Shown: piece by piece, positions 19,898 through 33,867 of the stretch | How positions within the stretch are numbered: the stretch's first letter is position 1 | Layout: the number at the start of each line of letters is the position of its first letter | Source: Alphaproteobacteria bacterium | GTDB lineage: Bacteria; Pseudomonadota; Alphaproteobacteria; UBA828 | Assembly: GCA_965221125.1 (NCBI GenBank) | Contig: CBDCRW010000002.1 | Span: 96,001 to 160,000, forward strand | Length of the DNA: 64,000 nt | Direction: 5' to 3' | Position numbers and translations under genes: made by a program | Notes under the pieces: generated by a model | Seen by the model: the letters and a program-made list of their open reading frames with translations, nothing else | Told to the model about the DNA's origin: nothing | Databases searched by the model: none

Positions 19898-20263
19898 ATG
19901 GCACGGATCAAGCGGGGCGTGACCACCCACGCCCGGCACAAGAAGGTGCTGAAGATGGCGCGCGGCTATCGCGGTCGCAGCAACTCCAGCTACCGGGTGG
20001 CCCTCGGCCGGGTCGAGAAGGCGCTGCAGTACGCCTATCGCGACCGGCGTACGCGCAAGCGCCGCTTCCGCGCGCTCTGGATCCAGCGGATCAACGCCGC
20101 CGCCCGCGAGCACGGGCTCACCTATTCGCAGCTCATGCACGGCCTCGCGCTCGCGAAGATCGATATCGACCGCAAGGTGCTGGCCGACCTCGCCGTCCGC
20201 GAGCCGGCGGCGTTCGCGGCCGTCGTGGAGCAGGCGCGGAGCGCGCACGGCGCGACCGGCTGA
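19898..20263 (+). CDS. rplT: 50S ribosomal protein L20
   Basis: [36 protein letters not shown]. Confidence 0.97.
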   Translation: MARIKRGVTTHARHKKVLKMARGYRGRSNSSYRVALGRVEKALQYAYRDRRTRKRRFRALWIQRINAAAREHGLTYSQLMHGLALAKIDIDRKVLADLAVREPAAFAAVVEQARSAHGATG

Positions 20264-20312
20264 TCGGCCGCCGCCCCCGCCGGGGGTGAGGACGGCCGAC
20301 GGAGAGTGTTCC

Positions 20313-21389
20313 TTGGAAGACCTCCCCGCCCTGGAAGAGCGCATGCTGGCCGGGATCGAGACGGCCGGCGACCTGCCCGCGCTGGAGCAGGCGCGCGTGG
20401 CAGCCCTCGGCAAGAAGTCGCCGCTCACCCAGGCGATGAAGGGCCTGGGCGGTCTCGACATCGACGCCCGCAAGGAGGCCGGCGCGCGCCTCAATCAGAT
20501 CAAGCGTCGGCTCGCCGATGCCGTCGACGCGCGGCGTGCGGCGCTGGAGCGCACTGCCCTGGACGAGCGCCTCGCCACCGAGCGCGTGGACGTGACGCTC
20601 CCGCCCCGCCCGGAGGCGGACGGCACCGTTCATCCCATCAGCCAGGTGCTGGATGAGCTGATCGCGATCCTCGCCGACATGGGCTTCCGCGTCGTCGAGG
20701 GGCCGGATATCGAGGACGACTTTCACAACTTCACGGCGCTCAACATCCCGCCGGAGCATCCGGCGCGGCAGATGCACGACACCTTCTACTTCGGCGCCGA
20801 CGAAGCGGGCGAGCGCATGCTGCTCCGAACCCATACCTCGCCGGTGCAGATCCGCCACATGCAGGCCGAGCCGCCGCCGCACCGCATCATCGCGCCGGGG
20901 CGCACCTACCGCTGCGACTACGACATCACGCACACGCCCATGTTCCACCAGATCGAGGGGCTGGTGATCGACGAGAGCACCCACATGGGCCATCTCAAGG
21001 GCTGCCTCATCGATCTCGCGCGGGCCTTCTTCGAGGTGGAAGACCTGCCGGTGCGCTTCCGCCCGAGCTACTTCCCCTTCACCGAGCCCTCGGCCGAGAT
21101 GGACATCGGCTGCTCGCGCGAAGGCGGGGGCTTGCGCATCGGCCACGGCGCCGACTGGATGGAGATCCTCGGCTGCGGCATGGTGCACCCGAGGGTGCTG
21201 GAGATCGTGGGGCTCGATCCCGCGCGCTACCAGGGCTTCGCCTTCGGCCTCGGCGTCGAGCGCCCGGCCATGCTCAAGTACGGCATCCCGGACCTCCGCA
21301 GCTTCTTCGACGCCGACCTGCGCTGGCTGCGCCACTACGGCTTCGCGCCCTTCGACGTGCCCAGCCTCGCCGCGGGGCTGAGCGCGTGA
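20313..21389 (+). CDS. pheS: Phenylalanine--tRNA ligase alpha subunit
   Basis: HPARQMHDTFY, LRTHTSPVQ, FRPSYFPFTEPS, GFAFGLG; TTG start after GGAGAG. Confidence 0.97.
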   Translation: MEDLPALEERMLAGIETAGDLPALEQARVAALGKKSPLTQAMKGLGGLDIDARKEAGARLNQIKRRLADAVDARRAALERTALDERLATERVDVTLPPRPEADGTVHPISQVLDELIAILADMGFRVVEGPDIEDDFHNFTALNIPPEHPARQMHDTFYFGADEAGERMLLRTHTSPVQIRHMQAEPPPHRIIAPGRTYRCDYDITHTPMFHQIEGLVIDESTHMGHLKGCLIDLARAFFEVEDLPVRFRPSYFPFTEPSAEMDIGCSREGGGLRIGHGADWMEILGCGMVHPRVLEIVGLDPARYQGFAFGLGVERPAMLKYGIPDLRSFFDADLRWLRHYGFAPFDVPSLAAGLSA

Positions 21390-23794
21390 AGTTCACCCTC
21401 TCCTGGCTGAAGACGCACCTGGAGACGGATGCGTCGGTCGACGCCATCGCGGCCAAGCTCACCGCGGTCGGCCTCGAGGTGGAAGGGGTGCGCCGCCCCG
21501 GCGACGAGCTCGCGCCGTTTACCGTGGCCCACGTGGTCGAGGCGCGGCAGCACCCGAACGCCGACAAGCTGAGCCTCTGCGTGGTCGACACGGGCACAAG
21601 CCAAGTGGAGGTGGTCTGCGGCGCACCCAACGCCAGAACCGGCATGAAGGGCGTCTTCGCGCCGCCCGGCACGACCATTCCCGGCACCGGCGTGGTGCTG
21701 AAGAAGGCGAAGATCAGGGGCGTCGAGAGCTGCGGCATGCTCTGCTCCGAGCGCGAGATGGGCCTGAGCGACGAGCACGAGGGGATCATCGAGCTCGACG
21801 CCGACGCCCCGGTGGGCACGCCCTTCGCCGAGATCATGGGCTTGGACGACCCGCTGTTCGACATCGCGATCACGCCCAACCGCGGCGATTGCCTGGGCGT
21901 CCACGGCATCGCCCGCGACCTCGCGGCCGCCGGCCTTGGGCGGCTCAGGACCGCCGAGATCGAGCCCGTCGCCAGCGCGTACAAGAGCCCCATCGACGTG
22001 ATCCTCGATTTTCCGGGCGAGGGCCCAAGCCCCTGCCCCCTCTTCCTCGGCCGCTACGTGCGGGGCGTGAAGAACTGCGAGAGCCCCCGCTGGCTGAAGG
22101 AGAGGCTCACCTCCATCGGCCTGCGCCCGATCTCCGCGCTGGTCGACCTCACCAATTACCTCACCATCGACCGCAACCGGCCCGTGCACGTCTTCGACGC
22201 CGGCAAGGTGAAGGGCGACATCTGGCTCCGGCTCGGGCAGGGCGGCGCCGCCTTCGCCGCGCTCAACGGCAAGGAGTACGCGCTCGGCGACGCGATGACC
22301 GCCATCGGCGACGAGAGCGGCGTCATCAGCCTCGCCGGCGTCATGGGGGGCGAGCCCACGGGCTGCACGATGGAGACGACGGACGTCTTCATCGAGATCG
22401 CGCTGTTCGACCCCGTGCGCACGGCGGCGACCGGGCGCGCGTTCAACCTGGAGAGCGACGCCCGCTACCGCTTCGAGCGGGGCGTCGATCCGGCCTTCGC
22501 GGGGCCCGGCATGGAGCTGATGACCCGCCTCGTGATCGAGCTCTGCGGCGGCGAGGCGAGCGAGGTCGTGGTCGCAGGCGCGGAGCCCGCATGGCGGCGC
22601 GAGATCGCCTTCCGCCCGTCCCGCGTCAAGGCGCTCGGCGGCGTGGACGTCGCGCGCTCGGACTCCCTCGGCATCCTCGCGAGCCTGGGCTTCGCCTGCG
22701 AGGAGCAGGACGAGGACCGGGTGGCGGTGCGGCCTCCGCCCTGGCGCGGCGACATCGTCGGTGAAGCGGACCTTGTCGAAGAGGTGCTGCGGATCGCGGG
22801 CTTCGACCGAATCCCGTCCGTCTCCCTCACGCCCACCGCAGCCGAGCGGGCGCGGCCCGCGCTCTCGCCCACGCGCCGCCGGCTCGGCGCCGTGCGCCGC
22901 TCGCTCACCGCGCGCGGCATGTTCGAGGCCGTGACCTGGTCGTTCGTGCCCAGGCAGCACGCGGCGCTCTTCGGCGGCGGCGGGGACGAACTGGTGCTGG
23001 CGAACCCGATCAATGCCGAGCTCGACGCCATGCGCCCCTCGATCCTGCCCAACCTGATCGAAGCCTGCCGGCGCAACGCGGACCGCGGCCTCGGCGACGT
23101 CGCGCTGTTCGAGACCGGCCCCGTCTACGACGGCACCAGCCCTGAGGATCAGCGTTCCCACGTCACGGGCGTCCGCGCCGCCGCGGCGGTGCCGCGCAAC
23201 TGGCACGGGGCCGAGCGGCCAGTCGATCCCTTCGACTCCAAGGCCGATGCGCTTTCTACGCTCGACGCGGCCGGCGTCCCGCTCGGCAGGCTCCAGACCA
23301 GGGCGGAGGGGCCCGCGTGGTACCACCCCGGCCGGGTCGGCACCCTCGGGCTCGGGCCCAATGCGCTGGCCCATTTCGGCGAGCTGCATCCCGGCGTTCT
23401 CGCCGAACTCAGGGCCGAGGGGCCGATGGTGGGCTTCGAGGTGATGGTGGACGCGCTGCCCAGGCCCAAGGCGAAGGCGACGCGCGCGAGACCGCCCCTC
23501 GCCGCCTCCGACTATCCGGCGGCAGAGCGCGACTTCGCCTTCATCCTCGACAGCACGGTCCCGGCGGCGGAGGTGGAGCGCGCCGCCCGCAACGCCGAGA
23601 AGGCGCTCATCAAGGCGGTCACGGTGTTCGACGTCTACGCCGGCCCCGGCATCGAGGACGACAAGAAATCGCTTGCGATCACCGTGCGCCTGGAGGCGCG
23701 GGACCGCACGCTGACCGACCCGGAAATCGACGCGGCGGCCGCGAAGATCGTCGCCAACGTGGCGAAGATCACCGGCGGCGTGCTGCGCGGTTGA
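21386..23794 (+). CDS. pheT: Phenylalanine--tRNA ligase beta subunit
   Basis: [44 protein letters not shown]. Confidence 0.97.
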   Translation: MKFTLSWLKTHLETDASVDAIAAKLTAVGLEVEGVRRPGDELAPFTVAHVVEARQHPNADKLSLCVVDTGTSQVEVVCGAPNARTGMKGVFAPPGTTIPGTGVVLKKAKIRGVESCGMLCSEREMGLSDEHEGIIELDADAPVGTPFAEIMGLDDPLFDIAITPNRGDCLGVHGIARDLAAAGLGRLRTAEIEPVASAYKSPIDVILDFPGEGPSPCPLFLGRYVRGVKNCESPRWLKERLTSIGLRPISALVDLTNYLTIDRNRPVHVFDAGKVKGDIWLRLGQGGAAFAALNGKEYALGDAMTAIGDESGVISLAGVMGGEPTGCTMETTDVFIEIALFDPVRTAATGRAFNLESDARYRFERGVDPAFAGPGMELMTRLVIELCGGEASEVVVAGAEPAWRREIAFRPSRVKALGGVDVARSDSLGILASLGFACEEQDEDRVAVRPPPWRGDIVGEADLVEEVLRIAGFDRIPSVSLTPTAAERARPALSPTRRRLGAVRRSLTARGMFEAVTWSFVPRQHAALFGGGGDELVLANPINAELDAMRPSILPNLIEACRRNADRGLGDVALFETGPVYDGTSPEDQRSHVTGVRAAAAVPRNWHGAERPVDPFDSKADALSTLDAAGVPLGRLQTRAEGPAWYHPGRVGTLGLGPNALAHFGELHPGVLAELRAEGPMVGFEVMVDALPRPKAKATRARPPLAASDYPAAERDFAFILDSTVPAAEVERAARNAEKALIKAVTVFDVYAGPGIEDDKKSLAITVRLEARDRTLTDPEIDAAAAKIVANVAKITGGVLRG

Positions 23795-23832
23795 GCGCGC
23801 CTGCGCGCGGGCGAAGGGTTCGGGCCGCCCCC

Positions 23833-25635
23833 ATGAGCGACCTCGCGCGCATCCGCAATGTCGCGATCATCGCCCACATCGACCACGGCAAGTCCACGCT
23901 TGCTGACCGGCTGATCGAGCGCTGCGGCGGCCTGCAGAAGCGCGAGATGACCAGCCAGGTGCTCGATTCCATGGAGCTGGAGCGCGAGCGCGGCATCACG
24001 ATCAAGGCGCAGACGGTGCGCCTCGCCCATCGCGGTGCCGACGGCACGGAGCACGTGGTCAACCTGGTGGACACGCCCGGCCACGTGGATTTCTCCTACG
24101 AGGTGAGCCGCTCTCTTGCGGCATGCGAAGGCTCGCTGCTGGTGGTCGACGCCACGCAAGGCGTGGAGGCGCAGACGCTGGCCAACGCCTACCAGGCGGT
24201 GGACCACGACCACGAGATCGTCCCGGTGCTCAACAAGATGGACCTCGCCTCGGCCGAGCCGGAGCGGGTCAAGCGGCAGATCGAGGACGTGATCGGCATC
24301 GACGCGTCCGGCGCCGTCGAGGTCTCGGCCAAGACCGGGCACGGCATCGAGGCCGTGCTGGACGCGCTGATCGCCCGCCTGCCCGCGCCCGAGGGCGACG
24401 CCGACGCCCCGCTCACGGCGCTGCTGGTGGATAGCTGGTACGACCCCTATCTCGGCGTGGTGATCCTGGTGCGCGTCCTGCACGGGCGGCTTACGGCAGG
24501 CATGAAGATCCGCATGATGGCGTCAGGCGCCGAGCACGACGTCGAGCGCGTCGGCGTGTTCACGCCCAAGAAGACGCTGGTGGACAGCCTGGGCCCCGGC
24601 GAGATCGGCTTCATCACCGCCGCCATCAAGGACGTGGGCGACTGCGACGTGGGCGACACCATCACCGCGGTCCGCCGGCCTGCGGCGGCGGCGCTGCCGG
24701 GCTTTCGCCCCAGCGTGCCGGTGGTCTTCTGCGGCCTCTTCCCGGTCGATTCCAACGACTACGAGCGGCTGCGCGAAAGCCTCGCCAAGCTCCGCCTCAA
24801 CGATTCGAGCTTCCACCACGACGCGGAAAGCTCGCCCGCGCTGGGCTTCGGCTTCCGCTGCGGCTTCCTCGGCCTGCTCCACCTGGAGATCGTGCAGGAG
24901 CGGCTGGAGCGCGAGTTCGGCCTCGATCTCGTCGCGACCGCACCGAGCGTGGTCTACCGCGTGACGCTCACCGACGGCGACGAACTATCGCTCCACAATC
25001 CGGCGGACATGCCGGACCCGACGCGGATCAAGCGCATCGACGAGCCCTGGATCCACGCGACCATCCTGGTGCCGGACGAGCACCTGGGCGGCGTGCTCGC
25101 GCTCTGCGAGGAGAAGCGCGGCATCCAGCAGGACCTCACCTACGCCGGCAACCGGGCGATGGTGATCTATCGCCTGCCGCTCAACGAGGTCGTCTTCGAC
25201 TTCTACGACCGGCTGAAGTCGGTCTCGCGCGGCTACGCGAGCTTCGACTACCGGCTCGAGGACTACCTGGAGAGCGACCTGGTCAAGCTCGCCATCATGA
25301 TCAACGGCGAGCCGGTGGACGCGCTGGCGCTGATCGCCCACCGCAGCCAAGCCGAGCGGCGCGGCCGCGCGCTCTGCGTCCGCCTCAAGGAGCTGATCCC
25401 GCGCCAGCTCTTCAAGATCGCGATCCAGGCCGCGATCGGCGGCAAGGTCATCGCCCGCGAGACGGTGAGCCCGCTGCGCAAGGACGTGCTGGCGAAGTGC
25501 TACGGCGGCGACGTGACGCGCAAGCGCAAGCTTCTCGAGAAGCAGAAGAAGGGCAAGAAGCGCATGCGCCAGATCGGCAACGTCGAGATTCCGCAGGAGG
25601 CGTTTCTCGCCGCCCTCAAGATGGGGGAGCCTTAG
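23833..25635 (+). CDS. lepA: Elongation factor 4
   Basis: [48 protein letters not shown]. Confidence 0.97.
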   Translation: MSDLARIRNVAIIAHIDHGKSTLADRLIERCGGLQKREMTSQVLDSMELERERGITIKAQTVRLAHRGADGTEHVVNLVDTPGHVDFSYEVSRSLAACEGSLLVVDATQGVEAQTLANAYQAVDHDHEIVPVLNKMDLASAEPERVKRQIEDVIGIDASGAVEVSAKTGHGIEAVLDALIARLPAPEGDADAPLTALLVDSWYDPYLGVVILVRVLHGRLTAGMKIRMMASGAEHDVERVGVFTPKKTLVDSLGPGEIGFITAAIKDVGDCDVGDTITAVRRPAAAALPGFRPSVPVVFCGLFPVDSNDYERLRESLAKLRLNDSSFHHDAESSPALGFGFRCGFLGLLHLEIVQERLEREFGLDLVATAPSVVYRVTLTDGDELSLHNPADMPDPTRIKRIDEPWIHATILVPDEHLGGVLALCEEKRGIQQDLTYAGNRAMVIYRLPLNEVVFDFYDRLKSVSRGYASFDYRLEDYLESDLVKLAIMINGEPVDALALIAHRSQAERRGRALCVRLKELIPRQLFKIAIQAAIGGKVIARETVSPLRKDVLAKCYGGDVTRKRKLLEKQKKGKKRMRQIGNVEIPQEAFLAALKMGEP

Positions 25636-25811
25636 ATCGCTTCCGCGTTTCGCGGAACCGATCTAAGTATTTCTCGCTCACGGCAGCTGGCCTGCGGCCA
25701 GCGCCTCCGCGTCGCGCGGTCACGCGCGCAGGGGCGCGCGATGTGCCCCGCATTCGCGGCGGGCCGCGGTTGCGGCCTGTCGCGCGTCCGTCGAGGACGA
25801 ACGCGCTCTGG
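25631..25811 (+). repeat. Dispersed multi-hairpin intergenic element, copy C
   Basis: CTTAGATCG..CGATCTAAG hairpin containing the lepA stop; core TCGCTCACGGCAGC; right hairpin GCGCGTCCGT..ACGAACGCGC. Confidence 0.9.
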
Positions 25812-25845
25812 CTCGGACGTTGGACGGGGATGCCGGCCCGGCGCC

Positions 25846-26151
25846 TCACGACCAGATCTTGCGTTGCCGGCGCCGGCTGAGCAGGAGCAGCAGTGCCGCC
25901 GGCACGAGAGGAATCGCCCAGGCCGGCCCGCGCAGCACCGGCAGCACGATGTCGGACCAGAGCCAGGGAGCGATCTTTTTCTCGATCAGGGCCTGGAAGC
26001 CGACGAGGCTGTTCCCGTCGAACATGAACCATAGCTCGCCGCCCGAGATCAGGCGGTAGCCGCCGCCGGCCACCGCGCTGTAGACCTCGTGGCCGAACAC
26101 CGCGAGAAACACGAGCAGGAGCACGACCCCGACGAGGCGAACGATCACCAT
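25846..26151 (-). CDS. Small hypothetical membrane protein (101 aa)
   Basis: RBS AGGAGAGG; N- and C-terminal hydrophobic segments; GGELWF and APWLW motifs. Confidence 0.75.
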   Translation of the reverse strand: MVIVRLVGVVLLLVFLAVFGHEVYSAVAGGGYRLISGGELWFMFDGNSLVGFQALIEKKIAPWLWSDIVLPVLRGPAWAIPLVPAALLLLLSRRRQRKIWS

Positions 26152-26227
26152 ATGACCTCTCCTTTCGACCAATATGGTGTCTCGCGTATTGCAGCGCCAG
26201 ACGTTGTTGCTATTGTTCCGCCGCCCC

Positions 26228-26315
26228 GGAGGGATGGCCGAGTGGTTTAAGGCGCACGCCTGGAAAGCGTGTTCACCGAAAGGTGTCCGGGGTTCGAATC
26301 CCCGTCCCTCCGCCA
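26228..26315 (+). tRNA. tRNA-Ser (GGA)
   Basis: GGAGGGATGGCCGAGTGGTTTAAGGCG-CACGC-CTGGAAA-GCGTG, long variable arm, GGTTCGAATCC, CCCTCCGCCA. Confidence 0.97.
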
Positions 26316-26396
26316 TATTTTGCCGCTCACGCCTGGAATCGCACGAAGATTTGAACGGCCGGCGAGCGTCCGCGGAGTGCGGCAGTCGGCGGCGGT

Positions 26397-26810
26397 TCAG
26401 GCCGTATCCCGCCCCCGGAGCATGTCGCGGAGCGTGCAGAGCTCGTCGAGAACGCGGGCGGCGCGGGCGCGGGCTTCGGCGTCGAGAGGTCCATCCGCCG
26501 CGTCCGTTTCCGGCGCCTCGGGCGCGGCGGCCGGTCGCGACGCCCGCTCGCGCAGCAGCTTCTGCACGCCGCGCACGGTGTATCCCTCGGCGTGGAGCAA
26601 GTGGCGGATGTGGCGCAGCAGCGCCACGTCCTCGGGCCGGTAGTAGCGCCGCCCGCCGCCCCGCTTGAGCGGCCTGATCTGCGGAAACTTGGTCTCCCAG
26701 AAGCGCAGCACGTGCTGCGGCACGGCGAGCGCCTCCGAGACCTCGCCGATGGTGCGGAACGCGTCCGGCGATTTCGGAACGCCCGCGCCTGCGGGCTCCG
26801 CACCCTGCAT
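26397..26810 (-). CDS. MerR-family transcriptional regulator
   Basis: [30 protein letters not shown]; conserved position after ihfA. Confidence 0.92.
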   Translation of the reverse strand: MQGAEPAGAGVPKSPDAFRTIGEVSEALAVPQHVLRFWETKFPQIRPLKRGGGRRYYRPEDVALLRHIRHLLHAEGYTVRGVQKLLRERASRPAAAPEAPETDAADGPLDAEARARAARVLDELCTLRDMLRGRDTA

Positions 26811-26813
26811 CGT

Positions 26814-27182
26814 CTAGTAGGAGGGCGGCCCGTCGGGCCGCTCGAAGTCCGCCGCCGTCTCCGCGCCCTCGCCCTCTTCGGCGGGCGCGAGCGAGCTGTT
26901 GATGCGGTCCTTCAACACGTGGGACGCGCGGAACACCAGGACGCGGCGCGGCAGGATCGGCACCTCCTCGCCGGTCTTGGGATTGCGGCCGATACGCTGG
27001 CCCTTCATCCGCGCGCTGAAGCTGCCGAAGGAGGAAATCTTTACCGGCTCGCCGCGCGCGAGCGCGTCGGCCATCAGGTCGAGCACGGACTCGACCAGAT
27101 CCGCCGATTCCTTTCGTGACAGGCCGATTTCGCGGAAGACAGCCTCGGCGAGATCGGCGCGGGTGACCGTTCGCCCGGCCAT
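26814..27182 (-). CDS. ihfA: Integration host factor alpha subunit
   Basis: [30 protein letters not shown]. Confidence 0.95.
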   Translation of the reverse strand: MAGRTVTRADLAEAVFREIGLSRKESADLVESVLDLMADALARGEPVKISSFGSFSARMKGQRIGRNPKTGEEVPILPRRVLVFRASHVLKDRINSSLAPAEEGEGAETAADFERPDGPPSY

Positions 27183-27290
27183 TGTTTCCCGCCTCCCTTA
27201 TGACGGCGGCCACGGTAATGCCTTGCGGCGCCAGCGTCAACCACGACTCGCATGGCGGGCGGCTTTCAATTGTCGGGCGGGATCAGCGCC

Positions 27291-28262
27291 TTACAGACGG
27301 ATGACGCCGGCCCCCCAGACCAGCCCGCCGCCGATGGCCTCCACCACCAGCAGGTCCCCCGGCGTGATCCGCCCGTCGTCGATGCCGGCGTTGAGGGCGA
27401 GCGGGATGGAGGCGGACGAGGTGTTGGCGTGGCGGTCCACGGTCACGATCGTCTTCTCCGCCGGGATGCCGAGCTTCTTGCCGGTGGCGTCGATGATGCG
27501 CCGGTTCGCCTGGTGGGGGACCAGCCAGTCGACCTCGTCGGCGCCAACGCCGGCGGCGTCCATGGCCTCGCCCGCGATCTCCGCGAGATTGGCGACGGCA
27601 TGGCGGAAGACCTCGCGCCCCTGCATCCGCAGGTGGCCCGACGTCTGCGTCGACGAGACGCCGCCGTCCACGTAGAGCGCCTGGTAGTGGCGCCCGTCGG
27701 AGCGCATGCGGACCGCGAGCACGCCCCTGTCCGCCGTCTCGCCGGTGCCGGCCTCCGCCCGCAGCACGGCGGCGCCCGCGCCGTCGCCGAAGAGCACGCA
27801 GGTCTGGCGGTCGTCCCAGTCGAGAATGCGCGAATAGGTCTCGGCGCCGACGATGAGCGCGGTCTCGGCCGCGCCGCTCCGCACCATGCTGTCGGCCACC
27901 TGGAGCGCGCAGACGAAGCCCGCGCACACGGCCTGGACGTCGAAGGCGATGCCGCCGGTCATGCCGAGCCTCGCCTGCACCTTGGTCGCGGTGGCGGGGA
28001 AGGTGTTGTCCGGCGTCGACGTCGCCAGCACCAGCAGGTCGAGGGACTCCGCGCCGATGCCGGCCGCCTCCAGCGCCGCCCGGCTCGCCGCGCAGGCGAG
28101 GTCCGAGGTGAGCTGGTCGTCGGCGGCGACGTGGCGCTGGCGGATGCCGGTGCGGGTCCTGATCCACTCGTCGCTGGTGTCGATGCGCGTGGACAGCTCG
28201 TCGTTGCTGAGCACCCGCTCAGGGAGGTAGGCGCCGCAGCCGACCAGCCGGGAGCGGCGCAT
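27291..28262 (-). CDS. fabH: 3-oxoacyl-ACP synthase III
   Basis: [39 protein letters not shown]. Confidence 0.96.
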   Translation of the reverse strand: MRRSRLVGCGAYLPERVLSNDELSTRIDTSDEWIRTRTGIRQRHVAADDQLTSDLACAASRAALEAAGIGAESLDLLVLATSTPDNTFPATATKVQARLGMTGGIAFDVQAVCAGFVCALQVADSMVRSGAAETALIVGAETYSRILDWDDRQTCVLFGDGAGAAVLRAEAGTGETADRGVLAVRMRSDGRHYQALYVDGGVSSTQTSGHLRMQGREVFRHAVANLAEIAGEAMDAAGVGADEVDWLVPHQANRRIIDATGKKLGIPAEKTIVTVDRHANTSSASIPLALNAGIDDGRITPGDLLVVEAIGGGLVWGAGVIRL

Positions 28263-28264
28263 GG

Positions 28265-29317
28265 CTAGAGCGCAGCCCTCTTCGGCTCCGGCAGCTCGGC
28301 AAGCTGGAGGCGCGACAGCTCGTCGATGATCTTGGGGTTGATCCCCTGGTTCACCATGTCGAAGGCGACGCCGATGGCGTTGGCGAAGCCCTTGTGATCC
28401 GTGCCCCCGTGGCTCTTCACGACGACCCCGTTCACGCCGAGGAACATCGCGCCGTTGTACGCGCGGGGGTCCACGCGCTCCCTGAGCAGGCGGAGCGCCG
28501 GGCGCGCCAGCAGGTAGCCGAGCCGCGAGAACAGCGATCGCCGGAAGGCGCTCTTCAGATACTCCGTGTAGAGACGCGCCGTGCCCTCCGCCGACTTGAG
28601 CGCGATGTTGCCGGCGAAGCCGTCGGTTGCGATCACGTCGACCGTGCCGGCGGCGATGTCGTCGGCCTCGACGAAGCCGTGGAACTTGATCGGCAGCCCG
28701 GAATCCCGCAGCACGGTCGCGGCGGTGCGAATGGTCTCGCTGCCCTTCAGCTCCTCGGTGCCGATGTTGAGGAGGCCCACCGTCGGCTCGCGGACGCCGA
28801 GGACGTTGCGCGCGAAGACCTCGCCCATCACCGCGAACTGGGCGAGCGTCGCCGAGTCGCAATCGATGTTGGCGCCGAGGTCGAGCATCACGCTCTCGCC
28901 GCGTACCGTGGGCACGATCGAGCCCATCGCCGGGCGGCCGATGCCCGGCAGCGTCTTGAGCGCGAACTTCGACAGCGCCATGAGCGCGCCGGTGTTGCCC
29001 GCCGAGACGACGCCGTGCGCCGCCTTCTCGCCCACGGCGTCGATGGCGAGGCGCATGCTCGAGCCCTGGCGCCGGCGCAGCGCCTGGACGGGCTTGTCGT
29101 CGTCGGCGATCACCTCTTCCGCATTGTGGATAGTGCTCGCGGACCTCAGGCGCTTGAAGCGCTCCAGGCTGGCCGCGATCGCCGACTCCTTGCCGAAGAA
29201 CATGAAGCGGAGCTGCGGATAGCGCACGCGGGCGATGTTGGCGCCCCGGATCACCACGTCGGGTGCGCCGTCCCCGCCCATCGCATCGAGGGCGATCACG
29301 ATCTCCGATTGGCTCAT
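28265..29317 (-). CDS. plsX: Phosphate acyltransferase PlsX
   Basis: [36 protein letters not shown]. Confidence 0.96.
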   Translation of the reverse strand: MSQSEIVIALDAMGGDGAPDVVIRGANIARVRYPQLRFMFFGKESAIAASLERFKRLRSASTIHNAEEVIADDDKPVQALRRRQGSSMRLAIDAVGEKAAHGVVSAGNTGALMALSKFALKTLPGIGRPAMGSIVPTVRGESVMLDLGANIDCDSATLAQFAVMGEVFARNVLGVREPTVGLLNIGTEELKGSETIRTAATVLRDSGLPIKFHGFVEADDIAAGTVDVIATDGFAGNIALKSAEGTARLYTEYLKSAFRRSLFSRLGYLLARPALRLLRERVDPRAYNGAMFLGVNGVVVKSHGGTDHKGFANAIGVAFDMVNQGINPKIIDELSRLQLAELPEPKRAAL

Positions 29318-29348
29318 CCTGGGGCCTTCGCCTCGGCCTGATGTTCGG

Positions 29349-29528
29349 CTAGGCCTTGCCCTCGATCACTTCGCGGCCATCGTAGTAACCGCAGGCCCGG
29401 CACACGTGGTGGGGCAGCTTGTACTCGCCGCAATTGGGGCATTCGACCGGATTGGCCTTCGCCAGCGCGTCGTGCGACCGGCGGCTCCCGCGGCGGGCGC
29501 GGGAGATCTTCTTCTTCGGGACGGCCAT
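29349..29528 (-). CDS. rpmF: 50S ribosomal protein L32 (zinc-ribbon type; absent from the ORF track)
   Basis: Translates [59 protein letters not shown]. Confidence 0.95.
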   Translation of the reverse strand: MAVPKKKISRARRGSRRSHDALAKANPVECPNCGEYKLPHHVCRACGYYDGREVIEGKA

Positions 29529-29622
29529 CGATAGCTTCTCACCGCTTGGGGGCGCCGACGCTGCGCCTTCGCTTCAGCTGCATCGCGTCGCGTGCGTCGG
29601 CACTACACGATCAATTCGCACA

Positions 29623-30195
29623 TTACAACTTGCTTTTGAGTTGGCCAAGCGCCGCGAACGGCCCGGCGGGCGCGTCGTCGCCCGCAGCGCTCCGTTCCGC
29701 CTCTCCCCCGCCCGCCGCGTAGGTGAGCGGCTCCTCCGGCGCGTCCGGATGGCGCGGATAGGGGTCGAGGACGAGGGCGAGATGCTCCGCCACGATCTCG
29801 CTCACGTCGATGCCCTCCGCAGGCAGGGGCTCGGCCTCGTCGCCCTCCGCCAGCACCTCGACCTCGTGCCCGGACGACTCCTCCGGCAGCGGCGCGTAGA
29901 GGACCGAAACCGGCTCGGAAATCTTGCGCGGCACGGGCTCGAGCGTCACCACGCAGCTCTGGGCGAGCTGCGCCTGGACCCGCCCGCTCACGCGAATGGC
30001 CCCCTCGGCCTCGTCCGTCCGCTCGAAGCGCAGCGCGGCCGCGAGCCGCTCCAGCGCCAGCAGGTCGAGCCGGCGCTTCAGCGCCTCCCGCTCGCTCTCG
30101 TCGAATTCGATCTCGCTCGTGAGGCCCTGCGGCCCCACCTCCTCCGGCGCGATCAGGCGCGGGCGCCCGCCGCCCCTCGGCGCGTCGACGCTCAC
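29623..30195 (-). CDS. YceD/DUF177 family protein
   Basis: QSCVVTLEPV, EHLALVLDPYPR, GPFAAL; upstream of rpmF. Confidence 0.88.
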   Translation of the reverse strand: MSVDAPRGGGRPRLIAPEEVGPQGLTSEIEFDESEREALKRRLDLLALERLAAALRFERTDEAEGAIRVSGRVQAQLAQSCVVTLEPVPRKISEPVSVLYAPLPEESSGHEVEVLAEGDEAEPLPAEGIDVSEIVAEHLALVLDPYPRHPDAPEEPLTYAAGGGEAERSAAGDDAPAGPFAALGQLKSKL

Positions 30196-30788
30196 GCGCC
30201 GCCCTCCGCCGGCGTGGCGGCAGCAAGCGGCGGCACCGGCGGCAACTCCAGTTCGCCGGCGAGCAGCGCCGCCGAGTTGTTGCGGTCGAGAGCGTCGAGC
30301 AGTGTCTCGACGTAGCCTGCCATCGCCCGAACGCGATCGGCGGCCGGCGGATCGTTGTTGAAGACGTTGCGCTCCAGCGCCTCGGCGATGGCGCGGCGGC
30401 GGCCCGCGCCCGGCGCCTGGTCGAAAGCCTGGTCGTAGGCCGCGGCGCGGCCGTAGAAGGCGCGCGCCATCTGCTTCACCCGCTTGCCGACGCGCAGATC
30501 GCCCACGCCCATCTCCCGCAGGCTCTGATCCATGTCGTCGAACATCACGTCGAAGAGCGACTGGCTGAGCTGCCGGCCCGGCTCCTCGCACTGGCGCAGC
30601 CGGCGCATGACCGGCACCACGTGGAGCACGATCAGGTCGAAGCGGCCGTCCAGCGTGTCCGCGACGCCGCCTTCGGTATAGAGCACAGGCTCGCGCGCCT
30701 GGCGCACCGCCGCCAAGTAGAGGCGCCGCGCCGCCTCGCGCCGCCGCTTGCGCCCCTCCAGGTGGCGCCAGATGCGCCCCACCGCCAC
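30192..30788 (-). CDS. Ubiquinol-cytochrome c chaperone (Cbp3) family protein
   Basis: DTLDGRFDLIVLH, DMDQSLREMGVGD, AFYGRAAAY. Confidence 0.9.
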   Translation of the reverse strand: MAVGRIWRHLEGRKRRREAARRLYLAAVRQAREPVLYTEGGVADTLDGRFDLIVLHVVPVMRRLRQCEEPGRQLSQSLFDVMFDDMDQSLREMGVGDLRVGKRVKQMARAFYGRAAAYDQAFDQAPGAGRRRAIAEALERNVFNNDPPAADRVRAMAGYVETLLDALDRNNSAALLAGELELPPVPPLAAATPAEGGA

Positions 30789-30872
30789 GACGGCCCCCTA
30801 GCCCGCCGCGGCGTTGACACGCCCCGCCAACGCGCGCACGGTTGCGCGGCTCGGCGAGCGGAAGAGGTTTTC

Positions 30873-31358
30873 ATGAAACTCCGGCGCGGACATGCGGACA
30901 AGACAGCGCCTCGGGCGCGGCGCTGGCGGCGCACCCTGCTCGGCTGTGCGCTGGCGGCGGCGCTTCTCGCCGGCTGCGCGCCGCAGGTCCACCAGCAGGG
31001 CCACGTCGCCGATCCGGACGCGCTGGCCGAGATCGAGCCCGGCGTGCAGACCCGCGCGGAGGTCGCCCGCCTGCTGGGCACGCCGTCGGCGGTGGGGACC
31101 TTCGAGGACACGCACTGGTACTACATCACCCGCCGCGCGGAGACGACGGCGTTCTACGCGCCCGAGCTGGTCGACCAGAACATCACCGTGATCGCCTTCG
31201 ACGAGAACGGCGTGGTGGCCGAGATCTCGACGGTGACGCTCGCCGAGGCGCGCGCCGTCGACTTCGCGGAGCAGGAGACGCCGACGCGCGGGCGCGAGCT
31301 TACCCTGCTCGAGCAGCTCTTCGGCAATATCGGCCGGCCGACCGCGCCCACGCAGTAA
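30873..31358 (+). CDS. bamE: Outer membrane protein assembly lipoprotein BamE
   Basis: Lipobox LAGC, LLGTPS, WYYI, QLFGNIGR. Confidence 0.88.
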   Translation: MKLRRGHADKTAPRARRWRRTLLGCALAAALLAGCAPQVHQQGHVADPDALAEIEPGVQTRAEVARLLGTPSAVGTFEDTHWYYITRRAETTAFYAPELVDQNITVIAFDENGVVAEISTVTLAEARAVDFAEQETPTRGRELTLLEQLFGNIGRPTAPTQ

Positions 31359-31399
31359 GGCGCCTCCTCCCCTCGACCTCCTGTCGGCACCGCGGCGCA

Positions 31400-33493
<2,094 letters not shown>

Positions 33494-33867
33494 GGTGGCA
33501 ACCTCATTGAGCGATGGGGAGAAAGGCGTTTGTGCACACGATGGTGCGCGCCGGGGCGGCCCCGCCGGCGGGCCGGAAAATGCCAGAAGCGCCCGGCGAA
33601 CGCAACCGGTGTACGGGCGACCTCGCCCCGGCAGCAAACGGGCGTGCACATTAGTTGGGCCGGGCCGCTAAGCGGCCCGCAGCGCGCGACCGCGCGTCGC
33701 ACGGCCACGTGCGCAGGCGCACGATGCGCCAATTGGCGCGAAAGCCAAGCGAGCGTCGCGCGTCCACACGCGCGCGGGCGCGTGATGCGAGCGCCCGGCG
33801 CCTGAGGGATATCAATAAGGCCTCGGGCTGGTATAGTGCGCGCGCCTTCAGAGCCGGGAGAGGACGA

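Noticed and set aside
33494-33867. Long hppA/FAH intergenic region as an ncRNA
   Set aside because: No recognisable family motif or repeat; explained by divergent promoters
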